Shown here: in pieces, positions 47,176-60,638 of the stretch | How positions within the stretch are numbered: the stretch's first letter is position 1 | How the letters are laid out: each line of letters opens with the position of its first letter | Source of the DNA: the human T2T-CHM13v2.0 reference genome, Homo sapiens | Strand: one strand, 5' to 3' | Assembly: GCF_009914755.1 (NCBI RefSeq) | Contig: NC_060935.1 | DNA: 64,000 bases | Position numbers and translations under genes: made by a program | The notes under the pieces: generated by a model | Seen by the model: only the letters and a program-made list of their open reading frames with translations | What the model was told of the DNA's origin: nothing | Databases searched by the model: none

Positions 47176-49020
47176 TATGCCTGTCTTCATCATTATACAA
47201 TGAATTTCCCAAGGGAAGATATTTTACTGTATTCGTCCCTAGGTCAGCAGTTGGCAAAATGGTTGTTTTATAAATGTTGCCCTGAAAGACTACTCTCTTT
47301 ATATCCTGCTGGGCTTACCAGCTAGACACACTGGGCACTCTAGCTTTGGGAGGAACATCTCCTTATTCTTCTTTGCTCCTTAGATCAGAACAGGCCATTG
47401 CATATAAATTGTTAGCTCCAGAATAACTTTTCAAAAATATTTTACTTCATTTTGAAAATAGACCTGACAAACCCTTTGGATATAACACAATAAGCTAGGT
47501 GGTGTATTTTTAGAAGAAACAAAGCAGATCAATCATAATAGTAATATTGTAAGAGGAAATATGAAAAATTTTAGACTCAGGGATCCTGAGAGGGATTGGA
47601 AAACAGCGGGAATAAAGTCAAAGGAAGCCATGGGCCATGTGAGGTGTTAAAGCACATGGAAAAAAATGGGATGGTAGGAAGAATTTTTATGAACAAGCAG
47701 ATCATATTGTTATCCAATAATTCCATTTACCAAAAGTATTGAAATTATCATTTTATATTTTATTCCACAGGGTATATATTTCACATGACATCTCTTCTAA
47801 TTGAGAACAGAAACATAGTCCAACTTGGCTCTAAAAGTTGTAAGGATAAATTACTAAAAATATGTTAAAATATTTGAGATATTTAGAAATGTGACTATCT
47901 GATGGAAGTAGATTAAAACATAAATGCTTCTTAATTTCCAATTCTGTTTAAAGAAACTATGCTGTTTTCAAAATTCTGTCAGTTGCTAGGGAAACTAGAA
48001 AGGGGGCTATTAAATTGTATATGGAAAGCTATTTTCCAAAATACATTAAGTGGAAGATGTGAGTAGTTAGATAAAACTTTTCATAGGCAAGAAAACGTGT
48101 GAAATCCTAAGTGAAGGATGAACGCCTCCTCAATTGACAGTTTGATAGAGATTCTGTGCCTCCTTTACCATGAACCATTGTTATTTTAGAGGGCAGCAAT
48201 GTTCTCATTGTCCTCTTGGGGAATGTATTCTTAAGGAAGGTGAGTAATCCTGGAAGAAAAGCTAAGATCTTTTTGGACCAATAATGTTAATATAGTTACA
48301 GGAAAGATCACTAGGCTAAAAATTAGGAGAATCGTGTTCTAAACCAGACCCAGATATGAACTTAGGAAAGCTAGTTCTTCCCTGGTCTCCAATTCCAGCA
48401 TCTGGATATGAGTGAAATAATTGTTAGAGTTCCTTTTGCCTATAATCATTTAATCTGTGAGTGACAGGTGAATGGCAATCCACAAAGTAGAGGATAATAC
48501 CTTTAACAAGAAGGAAATTGTGGGTGATGAGATCAATTGTCAAGGTCTGGAGGCCAAGTTCCATTTAAATAACATAAAAGCAAAGAAAAAAAAGAAAAAA
48601 GAAAAAAAGAAAGAGAAGAAAACTTTAAGTGAAAATTTAAGAATGAATTATTTCGGTAAGGCTTATCTGTAAGTTAATGTACCTGCTAATATATAATGAT
48701 TTTCATTTTTGTTATAAATTGAACATTTTTTGTTCAAGTACACTGTATTTAGCCATTTTTGATATTTTTAATACTCAGAGAATTTATAAACATTCCTAAA
48801 ATCCTTTTATGAACCTTATCTTTTAGAATGATAGAAGTCTCTTGATTATTCCCTTGTGGTACCATATTAAAAATGCAAAGGAAATTTTCTAACTCCTCAA
48901 ACCACACACCAGTGGCATTCCAAAGCCTACAGAATAGCTAGTGAATATGAAGTTAACCAGTCCAAATGACCTTTCCTTCCACTTATTCTTACGGTAAATT
49001 ATATGCTGTACCAATATTAA

Positions 49021-49444
<424 letters not shown>

Positions 49445-49849
49445 TAAATCCATATTTTCTTCTATCTACCCATTAATTCATTCATAATGTATGAGTCATA
49501 TTATTTACAAACACAGAACGTCACACACTGCACAGTGTTTATCAATCTCTGTGTTTGTTTTTCCCATCAAACTTTGACTTGAGTAACATAATTCTGTCTT
49601 GCTTGTATTTGCTGAATAAGCAAATTAATTTTTAAAAACTATGCATGAATTAATTTTAAAGATACTCCATAACAGCAACTTTGGCTGGAAATATTTGTTC
49701 TATGAAAAATTTTACCATGTGAGTGTTACAACTTCAGATGAAGCATGAAACTCTTCTTTTTTAATATATAGAATAGTACTAGGAGAGAAGGTATGATAAC
49801 TAATTTAAAAAATAAATATATGAGGCTCGATGTATGTGACAGATAGATC

Positions 49850-50600
49850 AACTCTCAGGATAGTAGGAGAGGACAGGATGCCTAGAATGGAAGAGAAAAA
49901 GCATGAAGTACAAATCAGGAATAAGGACAAGGGGTAGGGTATCTTAGGCAACAGAGGTAATGGTTTGAAAGTAGGAAATATCACGATATACTGTAGTTTG
50001 GAAAGGTAAATCTGGAGCATTTAGGAGTAAAAATGAACACAGTAGAAGATAAGTTTAGAAAGGAAGGCAACGGCTAGCATATGATGGGCTGCAAATGCAA
50101 TGACAAATAATTTGAACTTTATCTTGCAGGCAATGGGGAGCCTCTGGAAATTTATAACAGTTAGAATTAAATTTTAGAAAGATCACTGGCAGCAATGTGG
50201 AAGATGAATTGCAAGCACAGGAGAGGAAATGGAAACAGAAAATACTAGACAATTGGAATGGTAAGAAATTACAAAAGTCTGCAAACAGTGACAGTGTGAA
50301 CGCAGAGGAATGAACACATAGGAAAGAAGTTAAACCAGTAGCATGAACAGGATTTATTCCTTAATTAAAATTTAGGGATAAAGTTGTAAGAGAAGATTAT
50401 ATCTACTCTCATTGTTTTCAAGACTTAAACCAAGAGGACAGGAGGAAGTGGCAATGGTAAGATAATGCACTGGCTGGGTTTGAGATGCTTACGAAAAATG
50501 CACTGGAAATGTCATATAAGCAGCTGAATATGCAGGTGAATACGTTAGGAGAGAATTGTGAGTTGAAAACATACATTTAGGAAAACATAAGATGCTTGAG
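49850..50600 (-). mobile_element. L2 remnant
   Basis: tttgaactttatcttgcaggcaatggggagcctctggaa...ttttagaaagatcactggcagcaatgtggaagatg. Confidence 0.7.
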
Positions 50601-52118
50601 AAGAGCAACTTTGTCTTGTTTACTCTTTATTCTCAACTCCACACATAAAGACTGAACCTTCAGCAAATGCTGAGCTGCTACTGCTAATGTTGAACTGATA
50701 CTATCACCCACTTCCAACCTCCCTTGATTAGAAAACTAATAGATGCAAGTCTCCTGACACATAATAAGGACGCAATAAATGGAAATTTCATTGATAACTT
50801 GATAACTTGGACAAGGACAGCCCTTTTTGTTTCTATTATATATTCTAGAATATAAAATATGAATACATGACAAATGACCAACATTACAATATATACTGAA
50901 GTATATGGGGCAAGTGCTATTAAATAAAGGACATTTAAATTATTTTAAGATACTCTATCAATATTTTAAAAGCATACAAGTTTGTGGCATAATCAGTATT
51001 GAAATGAAATCAATTCTAAATCATGTTTGACTTCTAGTTAGAGGTTTATATTCTTTCATTTAATCAGTGTTTACCTTGTATTCTGTAAATTCATTTGGTT
51101 TTCACTGGGCTTTTATGTCATTAATTTCTTATTTAATAATTTGTAACATCCCATTTTAGCTTAGCTGAAAAAAGAGTAAAATGGATTTTATGGCATTGAT
51201 CAGTGTACTACCTAGGTCAATGTAAAAGCTAGGTAGTAGAACATGTTTTGAAACCAAAGCAAGTTGGGAGAGCATGTTAGTCAGAATATGGAATCCCAGG
51301 AATAAGACTCACTCTTTAGGTTATTTCATCTCAGCACCCAATTTTATTACCAACAACCTAGTTTTTTAAAAAAATATTGTAGTGGCATTAGAAAGTTGGG
51401 CTTTACACTAAAATCAATAGCCCTGTTTTCTTAGTAGGGGCCTGAAAATATCTCATAGATATTATTGCTCTAGAAAGAGTCCATTTCATGCACAGATGAG
51501 TCTGCATGTATGAATCTTACCTGGGCAATATCAGTTATGAGGAACTTAGGACATTTATTCTATTGTTCTAATTTGGGCTATTTATAGGCCAGAATTAGCA
51601 TCTTTGGTGCCCAATCTCTAAATAGAAAAAACAAAAAGCTAAACATATGTGGTAATGTGGTGACCAAGAAAACTACTCTTTTTATGGGTTTCCATTAACA
51701 TACTGTGTTCAAAAAGCAAAACATGTTTATGACAGGACTCCTATTATTTCTAGTATCAAAGAAATGACAGTAACATTACAACTAGGGGATATTTCTAGAG
51801 ATTGGTCTGATAAAGCTCCAGCTTACTTCTCCATTGTAAAAAAAGTTATCTTAAAGATGGGAATTTTTCTATACAACTCAATCAATATTTAGTCTGCACA
51901 TATTGTGTGTCCCACCCAACATACTGAGGTATTTGGGAAGGGGTATGAAAACTATAAGACATGGTTCTGAGGTGAAATACTGCTTTTTAAATTGTCTTTT
52001 CTTAAACCAATTATTAGTGTTTTTTTAATGAAATTATACCATAACCATTTGTATTTACATACGCTTAGAATATGTGCAAGTATTATTGAAAAATATTTAA
52101 AAATTACAAAGTTTTAAA

Positions 52119-52262
52119 CATGTAAGATGGGCCTTGTGGCCCATGTAAGATGGGCATGATCTATTTTTGATACTATTTAGAGACTATTTCTGATACTATT
52201 TAGAGTAAGACGGGCCTTGTAATATGCATCATCATGATCTATTTCTGATACTATTTAGAGTA
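52119..52262. repeat. Mosaic short-unit repeat
   Basis: gtaaga(t/c)gggc three times and ctattt(c/t)tgatactatttagag three times, interleaved. Confidence 0.9.
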
Positions 52263-53039
52263 TAGCACTAGCCTTATGTTTATGATCACTATGCATTCTT
52301 ATAGTTACAGATTATACCCTTCTGTTCAGACTCTTATCTCCAAATTGATGATATGTATTACAGAGCAGTTGCCACCTAACTGAATAACTCATATCAATCC
52401 TAACTGAAAGCACAACAGCACTTAAATATATAATCTAGCCCAAACTTAAACCTAAGGTAGGGATTTCTATAGGAACAAGAAAGCATATATATGAACTGTA
52501 TTTTTTCATTGTTTCAATTAATTTTAACCTGTGGTATAAGCTATGTGCTTTCCAGATTTACACATATATAAAAATTTGACATATAATTCGAGAGAATTAA
52601 TGGATTTTATAGTGAACATCTAAGGACTGCTAGGTATTTCTGGACCTCAGGTTTAAAAACATGGGAATAACTCATTGATGGTAGAACCGTAGTATCAATC
52701 TGGCATTTAAGATATGGTATATTTTTGCATATTCTGAGGAAGGTTCTTCTTTTTATAAGACACAGAAATAGAAATAATAGTATTGGGAAGAATTTTAATT
52801 ACATCTAAGAATAACATTCCTAATGTGGATATAAAAATTAAGATGTGTTTCTGGGATTCTCAGTAAAGCTTATATTTTATGATATAGTCATTACATAATT
52901 TTCCAGAACTATAATAGTTTCAGAACAAACCTACTGGGAGGGCCAATACGGGAGTCAGGAAGCACTCAAGAAGTTAAGTAAGAAAGAAGGATCTGAAAGA
53001 AGCAGGGATAGGTTGGGAAAGGAAACAACAGAGAAGACT

Positions 53040-53342
53040 GTTTTTTTTGTTTGTTCGTTTGTTTGTTTTTGTAGAGACAGGTCTTGCTCTGTCACCGTGG
53101 CTAAAGTGTAGTGGTGTGATCACAGCTCAGTGACACTTCAACCTGCTGGGCTCCTGTGGTCCTCCTGTCTCAGCCTCCTGAGTAGCTGGGACTGACTACA
53201 GGCACACACCACTATGCCTGGCTAATTTTATATACAGACAAGGATCTCTTTATGTTTCTCAGGCTGGTCTTGAATTCCTGGCCTAAAGCAATCTGCCTGC
53301 CTCAGCCTTTAGCCTCGAAAATTGCTGGGATTGAAGGTGAGA
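53040..53342 (-). mobile_element. AluJ SINE (tail turned into (TTTG)n)
   Basis: gagacaggtcttgctctgtcacc...gtgatcacagctca...cagcctcctgagtagctggga...gctgggatt. Confidence 0.9.
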
Positions 53343-54779
53343 GATAATTAATATAATGGTTTGGAATCCTTAATATACCTGGAACATGCATGTTCTTAAG
53401 CATTCCCGTCCCCACTATTCTGCTTCAGGGGACCAGCATCTCTCACCTGGACTAGTGCAATAACCTCCTGAATGGTCTACCTGCCTCTAATGTTACCCCA
53501 TGTTCAAGCCACTATTTGCACTAAATTAAAATGTTTCTAGTAATATGAGTTATTTCACTTTCCTCTGTAACACCATTCTGTGGACACTTTTTGTTCTTAT
53601 CAATCTGAATTATTTACCATGGCTTAAAATTCCCTGGCAGATCTGTGAGAGTGTAGTCAGCCTGAAAAATTGGGTTACAGTCAGACCACATACTTTGAAT
53701 AAATTATGTTTTTTTATTTTTTAAAAAAATATTCTGTTAGACATTTAGAGGATGAATCAAGGTGGAAATACTAGAGGCAAAATGATCAGTTAGAAATCTA
53801 TTCCAGTTGACATGTTAGGAACATAAAGTAAGGTGAGTCCATGGGCATGGATGTGAGGAGCATCATGGAGGTAAGTTTAATGGAACTTGAAAATAAAGTA
53901 TATGTATTTGATATTAAATAGCTTCAAACCTGAGCAATAAAGAAGATGATGATGAACGAGTGTTAAGGTGAAGCATCATATCCTGTTACTGGAGGGTTAT
54001 TATGGTTACTTTGTCTGCTTGGATAAAGAATTAGGCCAAATAGTACATTTCATAATAAATCTTCCTCCTAGATGGGCTACACATAGCATCCAATGTTCTT
54101 CATGAGACCAGTTAGTGCAAAAAAATAGCTAAGATAGCTATGGCTGTAAAGCCCAGAGATCTCTGATATGGTGTGATTACCATCCTTCACGATCTATTAC
54201 ATAAGAAAGAATTTCCACTGTGTGCCTCCAATGAAAGACCAAAATGCAATAAGTAGAACTTACAGAAATTTCAGATAAGAACAAACAAGAATATTTTAAC
54301 AATCAGAGCTAGAACATGTAGAAAAATGGTAGAATTCCCATTATATGAACATGAGACTATATTGAGAGGGATTGAGATCTCCACATGTAGAAGTTCTACA
54401 AATATTAGGGCATATGGAACTGAAAGGGCCTTTAATTCACAAGCGAGAAAGCAGTATCCCAGAGAGGGGCAGGCAACTTGGCCAAAGTTGTACAGCTGGT
54501 TACAGATTCTGATCCAGTTTCAGATTCACAGCCCAGTGACCTCCATGCTACATAATAGTGGCTACCCAAGGCCAAGGAGCCAGTGTTGTGACTACCTCAA
54601 AGACATCATAAAGGAAAGGCTTGAAGTGGACTATGCAGTTGGAAGAGAAGGGAAAATAAGTTGACCATGAACAAAGATACTCTACTAGGATGGATCATAT
54701 ACTAGGGAAGGGCAAATATAATAGTGAAAGGATTGCTTTCCATTTGAAGGTATCTGTGAAGCCATTAGAAATAACTAAT

Positions 54780-55020
54780 TACTGTTAATAATAACAATAA
54801 TACCTACAATATTGAACAGATTTTTTAATGCAAGCTTCTGTGATGAGTGTTCAAGATATCATGACAACCCTATCAATGAGATATTATTAGCACTCTCCAT
54901 TTTACATATGCATAAATGAAGGCTTAAAGAGGCTGTATAATTTGCCAAAAATCATTTCTGTAGTAAGCAGCTGAACTGAGTCCCAGAATTCAGCCTATGT
55001 TCATAACCATTTTGCCATAT
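54780..55020. mobile_element. MIR remnant
   Basis: aataatacctacaatattgaaca...acaaccctat...attattag...ccattttaca...gaggctgtataatttgccaa. Confidence 0.7.
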
Positions 55021-56112
55021 TGCTAATGTGGGTATCATAGTGGATCCCTTAGCCTGAGAAAACAACGAGTTTAATAGTTGCATATGTCCCTATTGTGTAG
55101 GAGAGCCCTGGAGAGACATTTTAGAAGCTTTCTTGATAAAAAAAGAAAAACAATTAGCTAATCATCTGGATTGTTACTTATTTAATGAAACGTATTAGTA
55201 ATTTGAAATAGACTACAATGAATTACTCAGAGAAAATGGGTTCAACTAATTGGTTCAGAAAAGTCTTCTGAAGGATATAATTAAATTGCCTAGTGTACTA
55301 TTACTGCTAGCATAAACACTATTACTGATCTTCAGGACCACTTGCATTTCCAACGTAATTTAAAATAAGTAGTGGGAGAGACAAGATCCATGGACACAAT
55401 GTGTTTCAAGGAATCAGCCATGTGGTTAGCTAATGAAAGCAAAGCAAGGTCAGTATTTGAACTGTTTCCAGCAATTAGCATTCTGTTATATTTTTGTTCC
55501 TATGAATCATCAATTTTAAATAACTCTTAAACACATTTTTAATAGAAAATACTATCTTATTTAATACCATACTTCTGGGTCCTAGTATGCTGTTTGGAAT
55601 AAAAGATCCTTAATAATGTATGCTGAATAAGTGAATTAAATTTTTATAAAAAGTGTCTTTTCTTTTAAATTTTACAAAAGACATAATTTAAAATATACAT
55701 ATGACACTCACCACATGACTTATTGAAGATTAGATCAGAACATAATATTTGACTTCAATTCTGTATGGTTACTTCTGTGAAGATTTATGATAAAAAAGCC
55801 AGGAACAAATGGTAAGGAATGCAATTATTTTTTAAGTGCCATGATATTTTCATGACTGATTTTCATTAAGCATGGGAAGTCATATCTGCCATGGATCCTG
55901 CATTATATATGTCTTATAAATAGGCTAAAATGATTTGAACTTCATAAACTGATAAAAATGCTCTTGAGATCTTAGGATCTTAGGATCTTTACATAATTCT
56001 TTGTCACAAGTTGACTTCTGTGAAGATCATGAAGCAATATTGTTCTCTAGGGAAGATGTGGAAAGAAACAGGTGCCTGTATTTCTTTTTGTGATTACCTA
56101 GATGAAAGGAAA

Positions 56113-56125
56113 GTACACACACACA

Positions 56126-56164
<39 letters not shown>
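56113..56164. repeat. (CA)n(TG)n inverted dinucleotide repeat
   Basis: gtacacacacacacac-gtgtgt...gtgtac; continuous purine-pyrimidine alternation. Confidence 0.97.
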
Positions 56165-56343
56165 AGAAACAAGCATAGTTTTATTACACTCTTAGAACCT
56201 GGATAATTTCTTAGTACAGAGTGGACAAACAGGAAATGTTTGCTGTTGAATTAATGTATACAAAATTAGTTTCAGAGACTGTACAAACATTGATATCATC
56301 TCTGCAAAATCTAGGTGTTCAACATGAGAAGACTGGATTCTTT

Positions 56344-56661
<318 letters not shown>

Positions 56662-58026
56662 AAGATTGGGTTTTTAATTATAAACCCACTTAAAAAAATC
56701 CTGAGAAAATGCCAGATATAATAAGCATATCTTAAATGACCTAAGCAATAGCACAAATAATCTTACTATTAAATTATTCTAATTTGCTTGAGATGATACT
56801 AAGACACTGTAAGCAGCAGAAACTAGAATTTAGTAAGTCCAGCATCACTAATTTTACAATGCTAATAATCTCTTCTTTCTTTTGCTTTTTAAAATAGGTT
56901 CTAAATTTGTTGGATTCTCTTACCTGTCACAATATAGGATCCTATTTTGGTATAAGATAATTAAGATGGGTTTTTGATTATTTCTATCTAGATTTTGAAT
57001 ATATTATTTACTGCATCCCTTTAAACATTTTCATGAATTGCTGTTGTTAAAAAAAAAAAGCATTATGGATCTTGATCTCTTCCTCTCTCTCTCTTGCCTC
57101 ACCTCCCTTTATATTTAGTTGGGGAGCTAAGAATAAACATAGAAAATAATAACTCTTAATATGTCATGAGTATCATGACACATGGTAAAATACCATGCTG
57201 ATTTTTCCTTCCATGCATATTATAATGTTTCCTTCATCCCATGCTTCTCTCTCACTGACTGGAATCTCATGCTCTCCTGTCTGCTCTTTCTCCTTTCTCT
57301 TAGCAAATAGCAAACTCCTCTTTTTTCCTTAAGTCCCAGGTCAAGTATCAATTTCTAATGGAAATTATCTTTCTGAGACTACATGTTCTCTTTTACCTAA
57401 TCAGTGTTGAGTGATATTTAGCTTTGATTTCAATCAATGTTATCATTGGATATGACAATATCGTTCAATTTTTTTTCTCCCATCCTCTTCATTTGTCTGA
57501 AAAATGCCTTGAGGGCAGGCACTATGTCCAATTAATCTTTCATCTATCAGTCCCAAAACTTTTATTAAATATTTGCTATGTGTAAAGCACTGTATTTGTT
57601 GCTGGAAATTCTTGACCCTAAGTTCAGTATATTACACAGAAAACACTTTTGTAGAATGAATAAATGGGACTTTATAATACATCAAGGAAATTCTACAAGG
57701 CTTATTTTAAGAAAAGGTCTTAAATGAAAAGCTGGTGAATGTGGGGCAGCGATCAAGGCAGGACAAAGAGCAACCATCTTCATCTCACATCATTAAGTTT
57801 AAAAGTTATGTATTTTCCCCAGGTTTAACGATATTGGTCTGGAAAATAAAGAGAAAATAAATATGTATGTTTTTGGAAAGCCTGTGGTGTTGTAAAAGTT
57901 ATTTATCACGGTCATAATTGTTGTTTTGTGGATAGGAGCATTTGAGAGAAAGCTGGGATTGAAATCCCTGACACTGAGTCAAAGTCATGAGTGTTTCTCT
58001 ACTCTTTGCTACCTAATGAAAACACC

Positions 58027-58070
58027 AAAAAAAAAAAAAAAAAAAAAACAACAACAACAACAACAAAAAA
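58027..58070. repeat. poly-A/(CAA)n simple repeat
   Basis: A22 followed by (caa)n. Confidence 0.95.
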
Positions 58071-58234
58071 CTGCAACAGTGGAGCTTATTTTATATGACA
58101 ATCCAGGGAAGACTCAAAAGGAGTAAAGCATGAAACCTTGGCACCTGTTCTAAGCTAGATCTAGATGTATGTTAAATTAAAAAGGTATAAAGAAAAAATA
58201 AAAGCTTTTGTTTTCATAAATAAATCTCTGTTTA

Positions 58235-58725
58235 GTATCCAAAGTTAGTAAAGATGTGAAAAACAGAAACTCTTGTGCCCTTTTGAAGGGAAATTTTATA
58301 ATACGCATAAAGAGTTCTAAAAAGTACATGGCCTTCAACTTAAAAAGTATTTGGCACTTTTAGAAATTTCTCTTAAAAGCTACTAAGAAAATGTTCACAT
58401 ATTTTTATATGAGAATTTTCATTGAATTGCTGCTTATAATTATGAAAATTAGATTTGCATTAATTTTCTAAATAACTTACAGCAGAACCTTAAAAAAGAT
58501 TAAACACATTAAAAATGAAGATTTAAAGCTAACCGTTTAACATAGCAATTTATCAACAATAGTTAAGTTAGGGACTATAAAACAGTATATACAGTATTAA
58601 TATCATTTTTTGTAACTATCTATATATGTATACTTCAAGAGAATTAGGCACATTATTATACATGTGATGCATTTTGATATAGGTATGTGAGTGCATGGAA
58701 ATTTTTGAAGCATATGAACAAATTA
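58235..58725 (+). mobile_element. L1ME-class 3' remnant
   Basis: atccaaagttagtaaagatgtgaaaaacagaaactctt...ttttagaaatttctcttaa...ttttcattgaattgctgcttataat. Confidence 0.55.
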
Positions 58726-60544
58726 TGTTTTATTATGAGTGCAGTGGAGTTATATATAATATGGATAAGTAGACAATGAAATAAATAATACAAAGAAGTA
58801 GAAACTCATACAGCAAAGATATCCCAAACTTAAAATAACACACTCATCATCTTTAATGGAAACTAGATATGCTTTCAGCCTAAGTTTAAATATGGATATA
58901 TATGGCCCCCAGTCTCGAGTTTCCCTAGAGCAACATTAGCTATTTTGTGTATCCATGGTCACAGCAGTTCTACGATAATAAAAGTCAGAAGATTTCTCCT
59001 TTTTCTTATCCTTCACCTACAGAAATGAAAATGGCATTCATAGTTTAGAAAGTTCTTAGCTCAAACTAAATACTGGATAATGCAGTAAAGCACATATCAA
59101 TAATCCCAATTGAAACAGTCTGGGCTTTGATCCCAGACTTCCTGGCAAACAACAGACTCTGTGGGCCAATAGGCAATGGAAATGAGAATCAACCTCCCAG
59201 TGAAAAGAGAAACCAACATCATGAATGAGGTCCTAACTTGAAAGAAAAATCTAAGAAGCAATTTCTGAAACAGCCCCACAGGGAGTTTATGCACATTTGT
59301 GAGAAAAGTAAAAAATAAATAAATAAATAAACAAACAAAACCTCGGGGCTGGCAGGGAATTTACCTATCATTTAGCTTGATTCTTTCATTTCACAGATGA
59401 AGAAATTGAGGCTTAAAAGGAGGGCAAATTGCCAAAGTTGCTCTAAAAATTAGTTCTATAAAGTCAAATCTCCTGATTCCTAACCTACTGCAGTTCTTAT
59501 GTAGGACTCTCCAGCCAAAACAGTACTGTTTTTGTGTGCTATGCAATTTTCTTGACAAAGAGAGATTGTCATAGCAATTCCTTTTCTGACAATCACAGGC
59601 AGAGTTATGTAGTTCTTTCATGGTTCTACAGTACTTAAAAAAAAAACCTTCTAGATTACTTGCAAAACAATATCAAAATTTTTGCTTATCTATTTCCAGT
59701 AGTAAATTTTGTGTTCCTGAAGGACAAGAATCATATTGTGTTTACCTTAAATCCTTAGTGCCAATTGCATTGCACAAAATATAGCAGGTACTCAGCAAAT
59801 ATTTCATAAATGAATGATTGTTTTATTCTGTTCATTAGATTCACTAGTGAGGAGAGGCACTCCTAATGGACTAGCCAAGGGACATTATGATATGATGGAA
59901 ACAGCAAGTTCTCATAGGTGACACCTGGATTTAAGTCCCTCCTCTATCAGTTCCTAATGGCAATGACACCTTCAATTGCCCTGAGCAACACATTCCTTAT
60001 GCATAAGTTGGGAGAAATCATACCTGCTAGGCTACTTTCCAGTGTGGCCATGAGGATCAATTGTGATAAATGTGAAAATAACAGCAATTTTATTAATAGC
60101 AAATTATTACGTGAATGGAAGGAATATGTGTGGGGGGCTTTTAAACAGGGTCTAGCTTTTTCAGGGCATACCATTCAAACACAATGCCCATTATAGTAAA
60201 ATAAAATATATAGGATTGTTTCTACTGATAAATGCTATATGCTTCAGGTATGTTTTATAGAAATCCAAAGTCATTGGCTATATTGTACTGGGGTAATGAC
60301 AGCCCAGAGGCATACCATTAAGCCTTTGACTTTTGAGTGATGCATCCACAGATTTAGGGATTCCATAAACTTGTAGAGATTTTAAGTTCCAAAATTTTCT
60401 CCTAAAATGTATAAATAATTGCTGGTAGGGAATAAGAAAAGTACATTGCCATGTAGATACTGAGAAGCTGGCCAAAGGATTTGTTCCTATATGTCTCCAG
60501 ATGTGAGATTTTTATTTGTGTCTCACTGAAGCTATAAATTACTG

Positions 60545-60638
60545 TTAAGTTGGTGCAAAAGTAATTGCAGTTTTGCCATTAAAAGTAATGTAATTACTTT
60601 TTGAGAGGCACCCTCAAAGGTAATTTGCACCAGCCTAA
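60545..60638. mobile_element. MADE1 (Hsmar1-derived MITE) with rearranged right arm
   Basis: ttaagttggtgcaaaagtaattgcagttttgccatta ... tttgcaccagcctaa. Confidence 0.9.

Noticed and set aside
48190-48239. Plus-strand 50 nt exon candidate (tttag|...gaag|GTGAGT) and isolated + strand donors at ~120, ~4098, ~6254, ~44668
   Set aside because: Isolated sites that do not chain into compatible frames; expected by chance in 64 kb.
48472-48672. 66 aa + strand ORF with a poly-Lys tract
   Set aside because: The Lys run comes from an A-rich simple repeat, which is the minus-strand polypyrimidine tract.
48683-48742. YNKNENHYILA resembling the PTP KNRY motif (receptor phosphatase hypothesis)
   Set aside because: Weak acceptor, easily produced by AT-rich DNA, and no YINAS, WPD or HCSAG motifs found downstream.
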